Under the pieces are notes generated by a model. The model saw only the letters and a program-made list of their open reading frames with translations. It had not been told where the DNA came from and searched no databases. Below are positions 51,591-64,000 of a stretch of DNA of 64,000 bases, one piece after another. Every line of letters begins with the position of its first letter. Position 1 is the first letter of the stretch. Origin of the DNA: Camelus ferus (Eukaryota); contig NC_045697.1 in NCBI RefSeq assembly GCF_009834535.1, forward strand, positions 51,710,001-51,774,000, written 5' to 3'. A program made the position numbers and the translations under genes.

Positions 51591-53001
51591 TTTTGTTTTA
51601 TTATTTTATTTTTTTTAAATTGAAGTATAGTCAATTATAATGTGTCAATTTCTAGTGTACAGCACAATATCCCAGTCATGCATATACATACATATATTTT
51701 CATATTCTTTTTCATTAAAGGTTATTACAAGATAGTGAATATAGTTTCCTGTGCTGTACAGAAGAAATTTGTTTTTTGTCTGTTTTTATATATAGTAGCT
51801 AGCATCTGCAAATCTCGAACTCCCAAATTTATCCCTCCTCACTCCCTTTCCCCCAGTAACCTTAAGATTGTTTACTGTGTCTGCAAGTCTGCTTCTGTTT
51901 TGTAGATGGGTTCACTAGTGTCCTCTTTTCTTTCTTTCTTTTTTTTTTTTAGATTCCACATATGTGTGATATCATATGGTATTTTTCTTTCTCTTTCTGT
52001 CACTCCACTTAGAATGACAATCTCCAGATGCATCCATGTTGCTGCAAATGGCATTGTTTTATTATTTTTAATGGGTGAGGAGTATTCCATCGTATAAATA
52101 TACCATGACTTCTTTATCCAGTCATCTGTGGATGGACATTTAGGCTGCTTCCATGTCTTGGCTATTGTAAATAGTGCTGCTATGAACATTGGGATTCTGT
52201 ATCTTTTTGAATTAGAATTCCCTCCAGATATATGCCCAGGAGTGGGATTGCTGGATCATATGGTAAGTCTATTTTCAGTCTTTTGAGGAATCTCTGTACT
52301 GTTTTCCATAGTGGCTGCACCAAACTACATGCCCAACAACAGTATAGGAGGGTTCGCTTTTCTCCACACCCTCTCCAGCATTTATCATTCATGGACTTTT
52401 TAATGATGGCCATTCTGACTGATGTGAAGTGATATCTCGTAGTTTTGATTTGCATTTCTCTGATAATTAGCAATATTGAGCATTTTTTCATGTGCCTATT
52501 GGCCATTTGTGTGTCTTCATTGGAGAATTGCTTGTTTAGGTCTTCTGCCCATTTTTGGATTGGGCTATTTGTTTTTTTCTTATTAAATTGTATGAGATGT
52601 TCATATATTCTGGCGCCAGTCGCATCATTTGCATCATTTGCAAATGTTTTCTCCCATTCCATAGGTTGTCATTTTTTTTGCTTATGGTTTCCTTTGCTGT
52701 GCAAAAGCTTGTAAATTTAATTAGGTCCCATTTGTTTATTTTTGCTTTTATTTCTATTGCCTGGGTAGACCACCCTAGGAGAACATTGTTAAGATTAATG
52801 TCAGAGAATGTTTTGCCTATATTTTCTTCTAGGGGGTTTATAGAGTCTTATGTGTAAGTCTTTAAGCCATTTTGAGTTTATTTTTGTGTATGGTGTGAGG
52901 GAGTGTTCTAACTTCACGGATTTACATGCTACTGTCCAGTTTTCCCAACACCACTTGCTGAAGAGACTGTTTCTTTTCTCCATTCTATGTTCTCGCCTCC
53001 T
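51591..53001 (-). mobile_element. 5'-truncated L1 (camelid-type) with frameshifted ORF2 C-terminus
   Basis: ORF track: [70 protein letters not shown]. Confidence 0.96.
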
Positions 53002-54289
53002 TCTTTATGTTTAAAATCTACTGTCAAATGTGTAAATGAAGTTGTAAGTGATTGAGATGAAGAGGAGTATGGAGCAAAGACATTTCTCAAAAAAATTTAG
53101 ATCCTTTTTGCCTCATGTCTCAAAATCTGAGTCGTTTTTGAACACAAGGAAAACCTAAGTAGATTTAACATCTACATTTTGTTAAATTTATTTACAAAAT
53201 GTGCTGTCAGGGAGAATGTTTTGACTCAGATTTTGCAGTGATTGAATACCTGATAACTTTATCTGCACTTGACTGAAGTTCTGTTCTTGAAGTCAAATAA
53301 ATTTGGGTTGGGATCCTATTATTCGTCTAAATAGTCATCAATATTAACTGCGTGAAAAGATGTCAGAATGGAAATTGGAAAGTAGAACTTGGCAGAATGG
53401 CGGAGGGTGATTGTTAGTAACAGGCTCCCTCCATGGTCTCAATGATATTGCTCCTTTTTCTTGTTCTCTTTGGCAGTTGGGATAACAGTAAAGAAAGGCA
53501 TAAGGAATTCTCAGACATTTGTATTTATTTAGTAAGCTCTGGCTGAAGCCAGGGACCTTGTAAGATCAGCAATCCTTTCTGCTTAATAGACTGACCAGTA
53601 AAAACATTTGCCTTTGATAGGATTGGAGCTCTGATTGAAGACTATCAGGGAAATGGAAAATGGCAAATGGTGCTGATGTTTAGACTTGCTTTAGACCCCT
53701 CGAAATTCTCTTTGTTTTCTTTACTATATTGTTGGATTTCAGAAAAGGCTATTTGGCTTATGAAAAATCATTTTGTTGTTTCCTTTCTTGATACTTAATA
53801 ATATCACTTTTAGATTTTTAATTTAAATTGGCAGATTTGTAAAGGAGGATGAGAGAGGAAACTTGGGGCAAATTTCCTACGTGCTTGATTCAGCCAAACT
53901 AGAGAAGGGGTACAAAAAAATCTTAGGTTAGCTAGTTCTATCCAATGACTATATTCTGAGTTGATGGTGAGTCAGCCTTTACATGACTAGTCTAAATACT
54001 GCCCTCCCAGGAGTCTGCTCTGCACATATTGGTGGAGAGCTATGGTTTGTAAGGCTTCAGATTAAATTAACCAGGGATCTTGTCCTTCATGCGATCCTTC
54101 CCGTATCTGAAGACTTCAACATAGCCTTCCCTGCTGTAGGTTAAACAGCCTGTTTATTTGTTCTGCATGTGAGATGGTGTTTGGATCAAGCACTGCTCTG
54201 ATCACCTGTCATTCTGAGGTGGTTGTTCACCTTCCTTCCTGGAAGGGCTCTGACTTTGTTCATTGTTCTACCCTCCCAGTTGATTTTAG

Positions 54290-54605
54290 GGGACCCTCCA
54301 TTTCCTCCCATTGCTTTCCCTCTCCCCTCAGTTCTAGGCAACCGCTGATCTATTTTCTGTTTCTGTGGATTTGCCTATTCTAGGCATTTTGCATAAATTG
54401 AATCATACAGTATGTGTTCTTGCGTGATTGGCTTCTTTCACTTAGCATGTTTTTAAAAGCTCATCCATGTCATACACATATCAGTTCTTTATTACTTTTT
54501 ATTACAGAAGTGATATTCCATCATATGGCTATATCACATTTCATTTATCCATTCTTCAGTTGAGGGATGTTTGGCTTTTCCACTTCTTGGCTATTATGAA
54601 TTATC
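54290..54605 (-). mobile_element. Old L1 (L1MB-like) 3'UTR fragment
   Basis: ctaggcaaccgctgatcta..gatttgcctattct..gaatcatacagtatgtg..tggcttctttcacttagcat. Confidence 0.85.
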
Positions 54606-55894
54606 TAGTATTATGATCTGAGTTTATCCTTTGCTTCTTCCAGTTTGCACCCCAACTCACAAAGTAAAATAGGTAAAAATAAAAAGTCAACTATTCTATC
54701 TTCCTTTGATTATATCCAGGCTTTAAATGCCATTTTCATGTGTGAGACTAACTGACCACTTAATTCCTTAAAACATGTTTATAGCTTCACACAAACAAGA
54801 AGAATGAAAGAAAGAAAGCTGAACACACATCCAAACACAAATGCTCATATATTTAAATCCCCAGATTTAAAAAGTTAGAGAAATTCACATGTGAACACAT
54901 TACCTTTAACACAGACAGTAATTGTAAACCTGGGTTTAGATTTAAATTGGAAAAAAACACCCTGAGGTGTTTAATGTTTATCTTTCAATGTCCAGGATAA
55001 GACCATGATGACAGCTACTAACTTATTTTTTACAATCTTGGAAAGACTTGAGAGGAATAAATTTTTATCATGAGTCATACACGGAAATTTGTGTACCTCT
55101 TTACCTCTCAATTTAGAATTTGGTGATAGTAGCAGGGAATCCTTTCCTCATTTGCTTTTCTAGGAATAGGAAAAGGAACTGTCTGTGCATTTATGTGTTT
55201 GCATTTCCTCCTGAGAAAGGAAGTCAGCACCGGACCAGTTTTCACTCAGACACGCACAGCAGGAGCAGTGTGTGTCCTCTTGCCTGCTGCCACCATAGCC
55301 AAAAATGGAGCTGCTTTTTAAGTTTCCTGCAGGATGTGGTGATACATACAGGGACTGTTCACTAGGGTGATTACTTACCTGTGTTTCAGTTCCACAAATA
55401 TGAGACTCTGTCTTCCTTGGATAGCTGTTCTGCTGCCCATTAGGCTTGTGTTGGTTGGAACTGGAGATCACACTTGAATGACCACAGAGGATCACCAGAA
55501 TGACTGGCCATCATTCTTTTATATTGCCAGGATTTTGAGGAATATTGACCTAATAATAGTGAAAAAATGAAACGAGACTTGTTGAACTGGGAATATGAAT
55601 GAGTTGTCCTGGACCTATTAATTAATTAACTCATTCATTCATTCATTTTGTTTCCCATTCTGGTGTCTCTGGGATCACAGATTTCTCTAAATGGAAACAT
55701 TGCCTGTTAAAATCACATTAGTTTATTGTAATATGGATTGTGCTGGATTACCAAGGCTTAAGCTGCTCTATATTTTGTGAAAAGTTAATTCCATGAACAT
55801 TTGTGAGAGTCTATCAATGGTCAGGAGTGTGCTGAACAAGATACCGTGGTGACCCTCAGTCAGATCATTGTATAGGTGCGGATAAAGACATTTT

Positions 55895-56012
55895 AATTCT
55901 AGAGGGTAAGCTTTGTGATGGTGGGGACTCAAACTGTTTTTACTAAACAATGCACATCTATTCCCAAACATAGTGCTTGTCACTCAACAGATGCTTGTTG
56001 AATGGCTGAATG
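55895..56012 (+). mobile_element. L2 3' tail
   Basis: ctagagggtaagctttgtga..gggac..acatagtgctt..ttgttgaatggctgaatg. Confidence 0.55.
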
Positions 56013-56178
56013 CACAAATTATATCATGAGACGAACATGGAAGGAACTGACTTTTACTGGTGAAGGAGGGAGTTTTAGGTATACACATCTTTTAACTGGG
56101 TTGTGGTGACTGAACAGGATTTCACCAGGCAGATAAGAGTAGGGAACTAACTTTTGAAAATTAATTCCCATGTTCCAG

Positions 56179-56190
56179 ACATCATGATGG
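56179..56190 (+). other. Candidate 12-nt microexon (ACATCATGATGG)
   Basis: Branch point ACTAAC at 56146-56151, AG-free to ttccag|, donor TGG|gtaagt; no transcript evidence. Confidence 0.25.
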
Positions 56191-56282
56191 GTAAGTTTCA
56201 TAACTTTCATATTAATTGGTCAAAGTAGTATTACTATTGGAGCATTATATAGTAACATATTAGTATATACTATAATATCCTC

Positions 56283-56324
56283 TTATTATTGTATTATTAT
56301 TATTATTATTACTATTACTATTAC

Positions 56325-56375
<51 letters not shown>
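56283..56375. repeat. (ATT)n microsatellite with ACT interruptions
   Basis: About 30 triplets read directly. Confidence 0.97.
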
Positions 56376-56376
<1 letters not shown>

Positions 56377-56454
56377 AAACAAAGGGGAAAATTGAAGTTT
56401 GGAGATCTTAGGTGACTAGAACTTCCAGTGGTGAATCTAGTCTTTGAACTTAAG

Positions 56455-57060
56455 GATATCTGTCACCCCTTTTCACATGAGTGGCAAGTAACATCCTAAA
56501 TAACAGCCAAAGATCTAATTTCAAGATGAAACAACAGAAAACTGCCTCTTTCTTGATACTATCTAAAATGCACTGGTAAGTTTTTTCATGTAAAGCTACC
56601 TTTCCTGGCACTCTGAGCAGTCCCTCTCCAGTGCTCCCCACCTAGGTGATTCCTCTTGGGTGCTCCCCTCTGGTATCTTTCTCAGAAACCAGCCACCCAC
56701 TGTGGGAAGCCCTAGCTACATGGAGAGGCAAGTCTTTGAGTTATGGCAGTCTAGGTGCTAGATGTAAAAATGAAGATTCTTCAGATGATTCTAGACCTCA
56801 GCCATTCAAGTCACTTCCAGCTCTTTAAATCTTCCCAGCTAGTCCCAAGACATTTGGAACAAAGACCAGCCATCCTTATTGGGCCCTGTCTGAAATCCTG
56901 ACACACAGAAGCCAAAGAACACATGATGGCTGGAGCTACAGCAGTCATCTGGTGACCATGAGGAAAAGGCTATGAGAATTTCTCAGGTGTCAGCCTCAAT
57001 ATCATTAAGTTGAAGAATCAACGAATGTAGTCACTTAATGAGGAGTTTTGTTAAGGCTTC
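56455..57060. mobile_element. MLT1 (ERVL-MaLR) LTR fragments, MLT1H-like plus older piece
   Basis: gaagccctagctacatggagagg..cagatgattctag..cttcccagct..gccctgtctgaaatcctgacacacagaa; tgatggctggagctacagcagtcatct..gaccatgagg. Confidence 0.7.
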
Positions 57061-57438
57061 AGTTTCATTTTAACGTAGTTTGGGGAGCACCAGAAAGTGG
57101 TTCTGTGTAGGAAAAGGCTAGGAATATTTATGTTCGTAGCTACAGTATTGAGTTGACTGATGAATAAACCAAGACCAGCTCTTTGTTTAGCTTTTTCTTT
57201 ATGAGAAAAATGCAACCTCTGATGAGAGAACCATTATAACAGAGTAGGATGCTTTGAATCTGCAGAGGATTTTTGGTACATAGAATGAATCATGGACAAT
57301 TGTAAATAATGTGACTGCATTTTTTGGTAACAAAATCTCAAGAGAATGCTTAGTTGTTCGTGTAATCTGTGGACATACACAAGAGTTGGAAACCATACAA
57401 TTTCTAAATCAACTCCTTTGGAATGCATAGAGACCAAG

Positions 57439-58911
57439 GTATTTTTTTTAATTGAAGTATAGTGAGTTTACAATGCTGTGTCAGTTTCTCATGTACAGCA
57501 TAATAGTTCAGTCACACATATACATGCATGTATTTGTTTTCACATTCTTTTTCATTATAAGTTACTGCAATATATTGCATATGGTTTCCTGTGCTATATG
57601 GTAGAAACTTGTTGTTTATCTATTTTATATGTAGTAGTGGTATGTGCAAATCTGAAACTCCCAATTTATCCCTTCCTGCACCTTTTCCCCCTTGGTAACC
57701 ATAAGTTTGTTTTCTATGTCTGTGAGTCTGTTTCTGTTTTGTACCTAAGTTCATTTGTCTTTTTTTTTTTTTTTGATTCCACATATAAGTGATGTCACAT
57801 GGTATTTTTCTTTCTCTTTCTGGCTTACTTCACTTAGAAATAGCAATCTCTAGGTCCATCCATGTTGCTGCAAATGGATTATTTTATTCTTTTTTATGGC
57901 AGAGTAATATTCCATTGTATAAATATACTACAACTTCTTTATCCAGTCATCTGTTGATAAGACATTTAGGTTGTTTCCATGTCTTTGCTATTGTAAATAG
58001 TGCTGCTATGAACATTGGGGTACATATATCTTTTCGAATTAAAGTTCCTTCTGGATATATGCCCAGGAGTAGGATTGCTGGATCATACGGTAAGTGTATT
58101 TTTAGTCTTTTGAAGAATCTCCATTACTGTTTTCCATAATGGCTGCACCAAGCTACATTCCCACCAAGTGTAGGAGGGTTCCCTTTTCTCCACACTCTCT
58201 CCAGCATTTATCATTGTGGACTCTTGAATGATGGCCATTCTGACTGGTGTGAGATGATACCTCATTGTAGTTTGATTTGCATTTCTCTGATAATTAGCGA
58301 TATTGAGCATTTTTCATGTGCCTATTGGTCATTTGTATGTCATCATTGAAGAATTGCTTGTTTAGTTCTTCTGCCCATTTTTAGATTGGGGTTTTTTTTT
58401 TGTTATTAAGTTGTATGAGCTGTTTGTATATTGTGGAAATTAAATCCTTGTCAGTCTCATCTTTTGCAAATATTTTCTCCCATTCCATACAGTGCCTTTT
58501 TGTTTTGTTTGTGGTTTCCTTTGCTGTGCAAAAGCTTATAAGTTTAATTAGGTCCCACTTGTTTATTTTTGCTTTTATTTCTGTTACCTGGGTAGACCAC
58601 CCTAGGAGAACATTGCTAAGATTTATGTCAGAGAATGTTTTGTCTATGTTTTCTTCTAGGAGGTTTATAGTGTCTTGTCTTATGTATAAGTCTTTAAGCC
58701 ATTTTGAGTTTATTTTTGTGTATGGTGTGAGGGAGTATTCTAACTTCACTGATTTACATGCAGCTGTTCTGTTTTCCCAATGCCATTTGCTGAAGAGACT
58801 GTCTTTACTCTTTTGGTATATTCTTGCCTCCTTTGTCAAGGTTAATTGACCAGAATTCTGTGAGTTTATTTCTGGGCTCTCTATTCTGTTCCATTGGTCC
58901 ATTTGTTTTGT
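57439..58911 (-). mobile_element. 5'-truncated L1 (camelid-type) with ORF2 C-terminal remnants and TSD
   Basis: ORF 58381..58902 [46 protein letters not shown] at 57430-57438 and 58912-58920. Confidence 0.96.
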
Positions 58912-59084
58912 GAGACCAAGTTGTTATTCATTCCTCTGCCTTATCCGCAGAGTTCGATCCTAGTGGAGGAAGCTGCTCAGCCTCTTTCCAGAGAGGAGAA
59001 ATGGAGTGTTTTATGCCCCACTTCATTCACACAGGGCTGAATCCCCATCTCTCTCAAACACTGATACAGTTCAAATAACCATTC

Positions 59085-59856
59085 ATGAACCCTCCACCTC
59101 TATCTCCCTCCATGTGCAACATTAATTTGAGATGGATCACTTCTAATAGAAAGTTTTGTGGTAGACAGTGAATTCTTTAGCAGGACACCAAAATCAGTAA
59201 CCATAAAAACTACTAATAAGTTGGACTTCATCAAAATTAAAGATTCTTCCCCTTATAAGTCTCCATTAAAATCAGGCAAGCCACAGATTAGATTGGGAAA
59301 AAATATTCACAACATATATATCTTAAAAATGACAAATGAATATACTGAATATTTAAAGAAATCCTACAAATTAATGATGAAAAGATGAACAATCTATTTT
59401 TTAATGGGCAAAAGAATTGTGCAGACATTTCGTAAAAGAAGATATACAAGGTGTAAATAAACAGATGAAAAATACAGGGTAAATTCATATAGATAGAATA
59501 CTACTCAACAATAATTATAAGGAACTACTGATCCATGCAACAACATGGACGGATCTCAAAAGTATTATGCTGAGTAAAAGAAGCCAAATTCAAAGATCTG
59601 CATATACTGTTTCTATTTATGTGAAGTCTGAGAATAGATTTTTAAAAATCTGTGATGATAGAAAGGTGGTTGCCTGGGGATGGGAGAGAGAAATTGTCCT
59701 GAAAAGAGCATGAGAGAACCTTTTGATTCTGACAGCTCTGTCTTATATTTTGTTTTCAGTGTTGGTTACAGAGTTATTTACAGTTGTGAAGACTCATTGT
59801 ACTGAACACCGAAGGTCTGTGTTTTTATTGTGTATCAGTTTTACTTCAGTGAAAAA
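59085..59856 (+). mobile_element. Ancient L1 (L1ME/MB-like) ORF2-end and 3'UTR pieces
   Basis: ttggacttcatcaaaattaaa (LDFIKIK), aatgggcaaaaga, catgcaacaacatggacggatctc..attatgctgagtaaaagaagcca. Confidence 0.85.
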
Positions 59857-61943
59857 TGACACACAAAAGTAGTCATTTTCTCATCAGAATTATTCTAGTG
59901 AAAGAGTAGAAATCTAAGTTGAATAGATATATTTTTCCTCTATGGGACTTAGTGAAATTATTTGGATGTATTTATGGATAGGCAAAATTGGCAAAGTGAG
60001 AAATTTTAATCTTCCTGAATTGTTCCTTTTGTGTATGGTTCTCACCTGCACTGTGCTGTATCATAACAGGAAGAACTAAGAGTGTGTCCAAGGGCATATG
60101 GGAATGAGCTCGTAAGGAGGTTGCTTTGGCTGGTGCAGAAAGTGTGACTGTGCATCATCGTGGGGCGGGTGCTGAAGGGCACTCAGTGTCTGCTTGTTGG
60201 AAGAATGAATTGGCGAAAGATAAGGTGTTTGGGGGACTGAATGGCATCATGTACTATGCTAAGAAAAGAAGTTCAGGCTTTCTTTTCTAGGAAACTGATA
60301 TTCATGAAAGTTTTTAAGCAGGGAAGTGATTCCCCTTCACCCACACACCCTCCAGAAGTTGACTAGGCTTGTGGAGGGTAAGCTAAAATTTGGAGAAACT
60401 GAAGACAGGGATCTTATTGTGTGACTGTGATGTTTCAGCTGTTGAGCAGTTGATCTACAGTAAAAATATCTTTTAAATTCTAATGTTTTCCCAGATTTTG
60501 ATGAGAGGTTATAAAATGGGATCAGACCTTTGTCTTTTTTGAAATATGTTTGAAAAATACTATGAAGCTCATCTGTCACTTGTATGTTTATTCCTTTTTT
60601 ATTATTAATATTATGTAATTATTATTCTTTGGGGCAATTAACTACAAGTGGCTTGTATCAAAATTATGAAGTTTGAAATATTAGTGGTATTTCCTTGTAA
60701 AATATTTTGCTTTTTTCCTATTTGAAGTAGAAAAGCTGTCAACTAATGTTCTTTCTATCTTAGGAAAATTTGCATTGACATTATAAGACATGATTCCTTC
60801 TTAAAAATTCATGAATATCCTTCTTAGTGAGCTTGTAGACAACCGAAGAGTGAAAAAAACTCAAAATAAGTAAAATTGGTGAAGGAAGTCACATTTTTTC
60901 TTTTAGGGGATTATTGCTTTTGGAAATATATTTTAAAGTTTCAGCAAACACCTTTTTAGAAAATGATTTATTTAAACAAAATTACTATGCCAAGGTAAGG
61001 CTTATACCAGTAACATAGCAACTGTAGGTACACATTTAATTTTGTGAGAAAGATGGCAAGAAATATGGCTTGAGCTTGAAATGAATGTCTATTGCCAAAT
61101 CAATAATGTGAAAATATCTCATATGAAGAAAAACCACTGGTTACGATGGTGATTTCTTATAACATTTTAATCTAAATAATATGATTTTGTCATTCATGTT
61201 TTATAAAAAAAAGAACCTTAGGAATTGTTAAAATATTATATTGGTCACTGTTAGTTATTATATACATACCATTTAAGAAATACTTCATCTAAAAAAAGGA
61301 AAAAATGATGGAAACAGATGACTGCATTATTTGACTAAAGGCTTACTCATACACAATTTCATTTAAAAGGAACTAAAAGGTGATGGAGGGAAAACGTGGT
61401 TTGGCACTTGAATGTCATAAAGCAAATTTAATATACTTTATTCAGTAAAGCTTTTTGAAAAAATGAAATAATTCTCAGGAAGCTAAATACTTTTATTGTT
61501 GCTCAAGGTAATTAATTATCAGAATAGTAAGAATTCTCATTGCATTTTGTGAATAAATATTTAGTGGGATGGCATGTAGTACTTTTCTTTCAAAAAATAA
61601 TATATTATTGGTGGACATTTATTAAATTACATTAGTTCAATCCCAAGGCCCCAAACCACACAAAATTAAATATAGCTTAATTTTGACTTTTCCTAATATC
61701 ATAATATAACATATCAAGCCTTTACTTTGCATATGCTTAACTGTGTGCTACTTGGAAGATTCCACTGATTTCAAATTAGTACTCTATTATTAAACACTAT
61801 GTAAAACTAATAATAAATATGTATAGCCAGGAATTAATAGGTAGACTTGTGATTTTGAAGGGATAGCAGTATTTAGTGGATGTTGTGATGTTTTTGATTT
61901 TGTTTTAGCACTTCTGTTCTTCCAGTATAGCATGTAGTACAGA

Positions 61944-62050
61944 GAGGGTGACTAATTGTCCTTGTCTGCCGCAGACTGAGGGGTTTCCCTAGGACATGGA
62001 CTTTTGGTGCTAAAACTAGGGTAGTCCCAGGCAAACCAGGAAGGTTTGCT
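61944..62050. mobile_element. MER81-like hAT-Blackjack MITE
   Basis: agggtgactaattgtcc..gactgaggggtttccc..gtgctaaaactaggg.agtcccaggcaaaccagga. Confidence 0.75.
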
Positions 62051-62054
62051 CTGT

Positions 62055-62524
62055 GTCCTCAAGACCTTTTCAGGGGTTTTGTTATTTAAAAATTATTTTT
62101 ATAGTGATACTAAGACATTATTTGCTTCTTTCACTCTCATTCTCACTCACATGTACTGTGGAGTTTTCGAGAGTCGGCGAGAGGTATGATGCTACAACAG
62201 ATTAAATTGAGAAACGCGTAGGAGAAACCGTCTTTAATTAAGTCAGATGTAAAGAGATTTTTCAAGAATGTAAAACTCTCTTTACAAAATTTTCTTTGTT
62301 TTGAAAATCATAGTTATTTTTCATAAAATGTATTATTTATAGTACCGTGTAATGGATTCATTATTTTATTTTAAATGAATTAATAAATATTTTTGTTTTA
62401 ATTTTTAGTATAATAAGTACCAAGAAACATAATTTACATAAATGAAGGCTCTTTGGGAGTCCTCAATAATTTTTAAGAGTGTAATTACGAAGTGTCCTGA
62501 TACCAAAAAGTTTGAGAAATACTA
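62055..62524. mobile_element. Charlie1b-like hAT element, opposite orientation to 29235-30636
   Basis: Ends ctctttgggagtcctcaataatttttaagagtgta..ccaaaaagtttgagaaatacta, homologous to the reverse complement of the element start at 29235. Confidence 0.8.
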
Positions 62525-64000
62525 ATTTGGAATTTTTCTACATTTAAGAAGAAACTTTCACTTGTGACCAATATCATACATTGAGCCTTCGGCAGGCTTT
62601 GTTTATAGGGCCGTGAATTCTTGTCTTACTCCTCTTACCTCTCTGTGTAATTAGGCTGCTTCTCTGTGCTCTCATTTCTGTACATGCAGAGTAAAGGAGG
62701 GTGCTTTTAGTTTACTCTGGCTAGTTCTCACTCTAACTCACAATAGCTAAAGTTCAACAGGAAGGGGGAAAAACAATAAGAACCACAACACTTGTGGGAA
62801 CTTAAAAGTATTAAGCAGTTCCATCAGACTAAACACCCATCATATTTAATGGAAAGAATCTTGTAAATAGTAAGGGCACTTTTTTGTTTCTCCAGAACTG
62901 CCTGTGTTTTGGCATTACTGCTATTCATGTGTTACCTATTATTGATATTTATGAATATAGACATACACATGACTCCACCTAGCAGTTGTAAGACCGGAAA
63001 GAATTCTTGTTTTCTTCACTTTCTGGGCCTGAGTTCTTGTTAGTACTGAAATAATTAAAGCCGAGCCATTCTAGGGGAGCTCATCCTACTATTGCTGCTG
63101 GTTCATAGTGGGCCAACAGGCAGACCTGGCTGTGAGCTTTGGAACTGGTGAATGTTGCTGACCACTTAACACCATCAGAAGGTATTCTGTGTCGACCTAA
63201 ACGCACTTCAACCTGAACACTTACTTGAGAGTGATACATTGTGATAGCAAAGGTGTGGGCGGAAAGATTCAGGAAGATTTAATGAAATGTGTGAAACACT
63301 CTAGACTCCGCCTGATGCACATCAGATCAACAAATGTAGTTCTTCAAAATAACAAATACTTTAGCCTCATGTTTGATGTGTCCAGGTCAAGACTTGTTTT
63401 GCAATAAGGTATAAATTTTGTTTGACACATATGCCTTCTCCTTTTCTTGGAATGGTACACGTTCGTTAATGTTGCATCTCAGAACAAGAACACTGGAAGA
63501 AACTCAAGGCATGAGATGAGTGCTGCAGAGCAAGGGTAAATTTAGAGGGAAATAGAGGGAATTAGGAAAAGTCTTTATCTATGGAGCTTGATAATGGACA
63601 TTTGCTGCTACCAGACTTCTAGCTGGAGAGATGCTTTAGCATTTTAATGTGACTTGCAGACAGGGTGTGGCTCTTGATCAGGAGCTAACATTAATGATCA
63701 AGGTCAGCTGTGGTTAAAGCTTGTTTTTTCCATCATAAGAAGATCATCAGGGGAAAAAGTCAGTATATTTCAGTACTGTAAACTGTTTGAGGCTGTTTCA
63801 GCCATTTGGCAGCTCTATAAACAGAGTAGGGTTTCATTGAAAGAATGAGAACTGAGAAATATATGTTCTTTGCCTTCCAGCTGAGGTGGACTCTGTTCCA
63901 ATGTAGAACTAGCTTCTGGGTGTTAATTTTAAGAATTGCATCTTGTGACTTTTTTTCTGAAAATATTATAAATATCATAAATAAGTATCCTGAAATATAT

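Noticed and set aside
51872..58902. L1 ORF2-like peptides as functional CDS
   Set aside because: 5'-truncated, frameshifted retrotransposon remnants

Overview
Mammalian (eutherian) genomic DNA, AT-rich, with no CpG island, no recognisable protein-coding exon, no RNA gene and nothing prokaryotic. The young L1 3' ends resemble camelid (alpaca/camel) L1 families as I recall them, and I saw no Alu, Bov-tA/Bov-A2/BovB, PRE-1 or Can-SINE, so a camelid source is likely (inference). A large part of the window is transposon fossil: L1 of several ages, L2, MIR, MLT1 LTRs, hAT elements (MER5, Charlie1, Arthur1, MER81) and a MER2/Tigger MITE, often nested and several with target-site duplications (TSDs). 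Nine of eleven L1 pieces lie on the minus strand, which suggests an intron of a large plus-strand gene that I cannot name. The only ORFs with recognisable homology are decayed L1 ORF2 fragments. The best non-repeat leads are a candidate 80-nt non-coding exon (9956-10035) inside a palindrome-rich, repeat-free block and a candidate 12-nt microexon (56179-56190). I found no convincing new biological system. Repeat family names come from remembered consensus sequences, and boundaries without a TSD are approximate.
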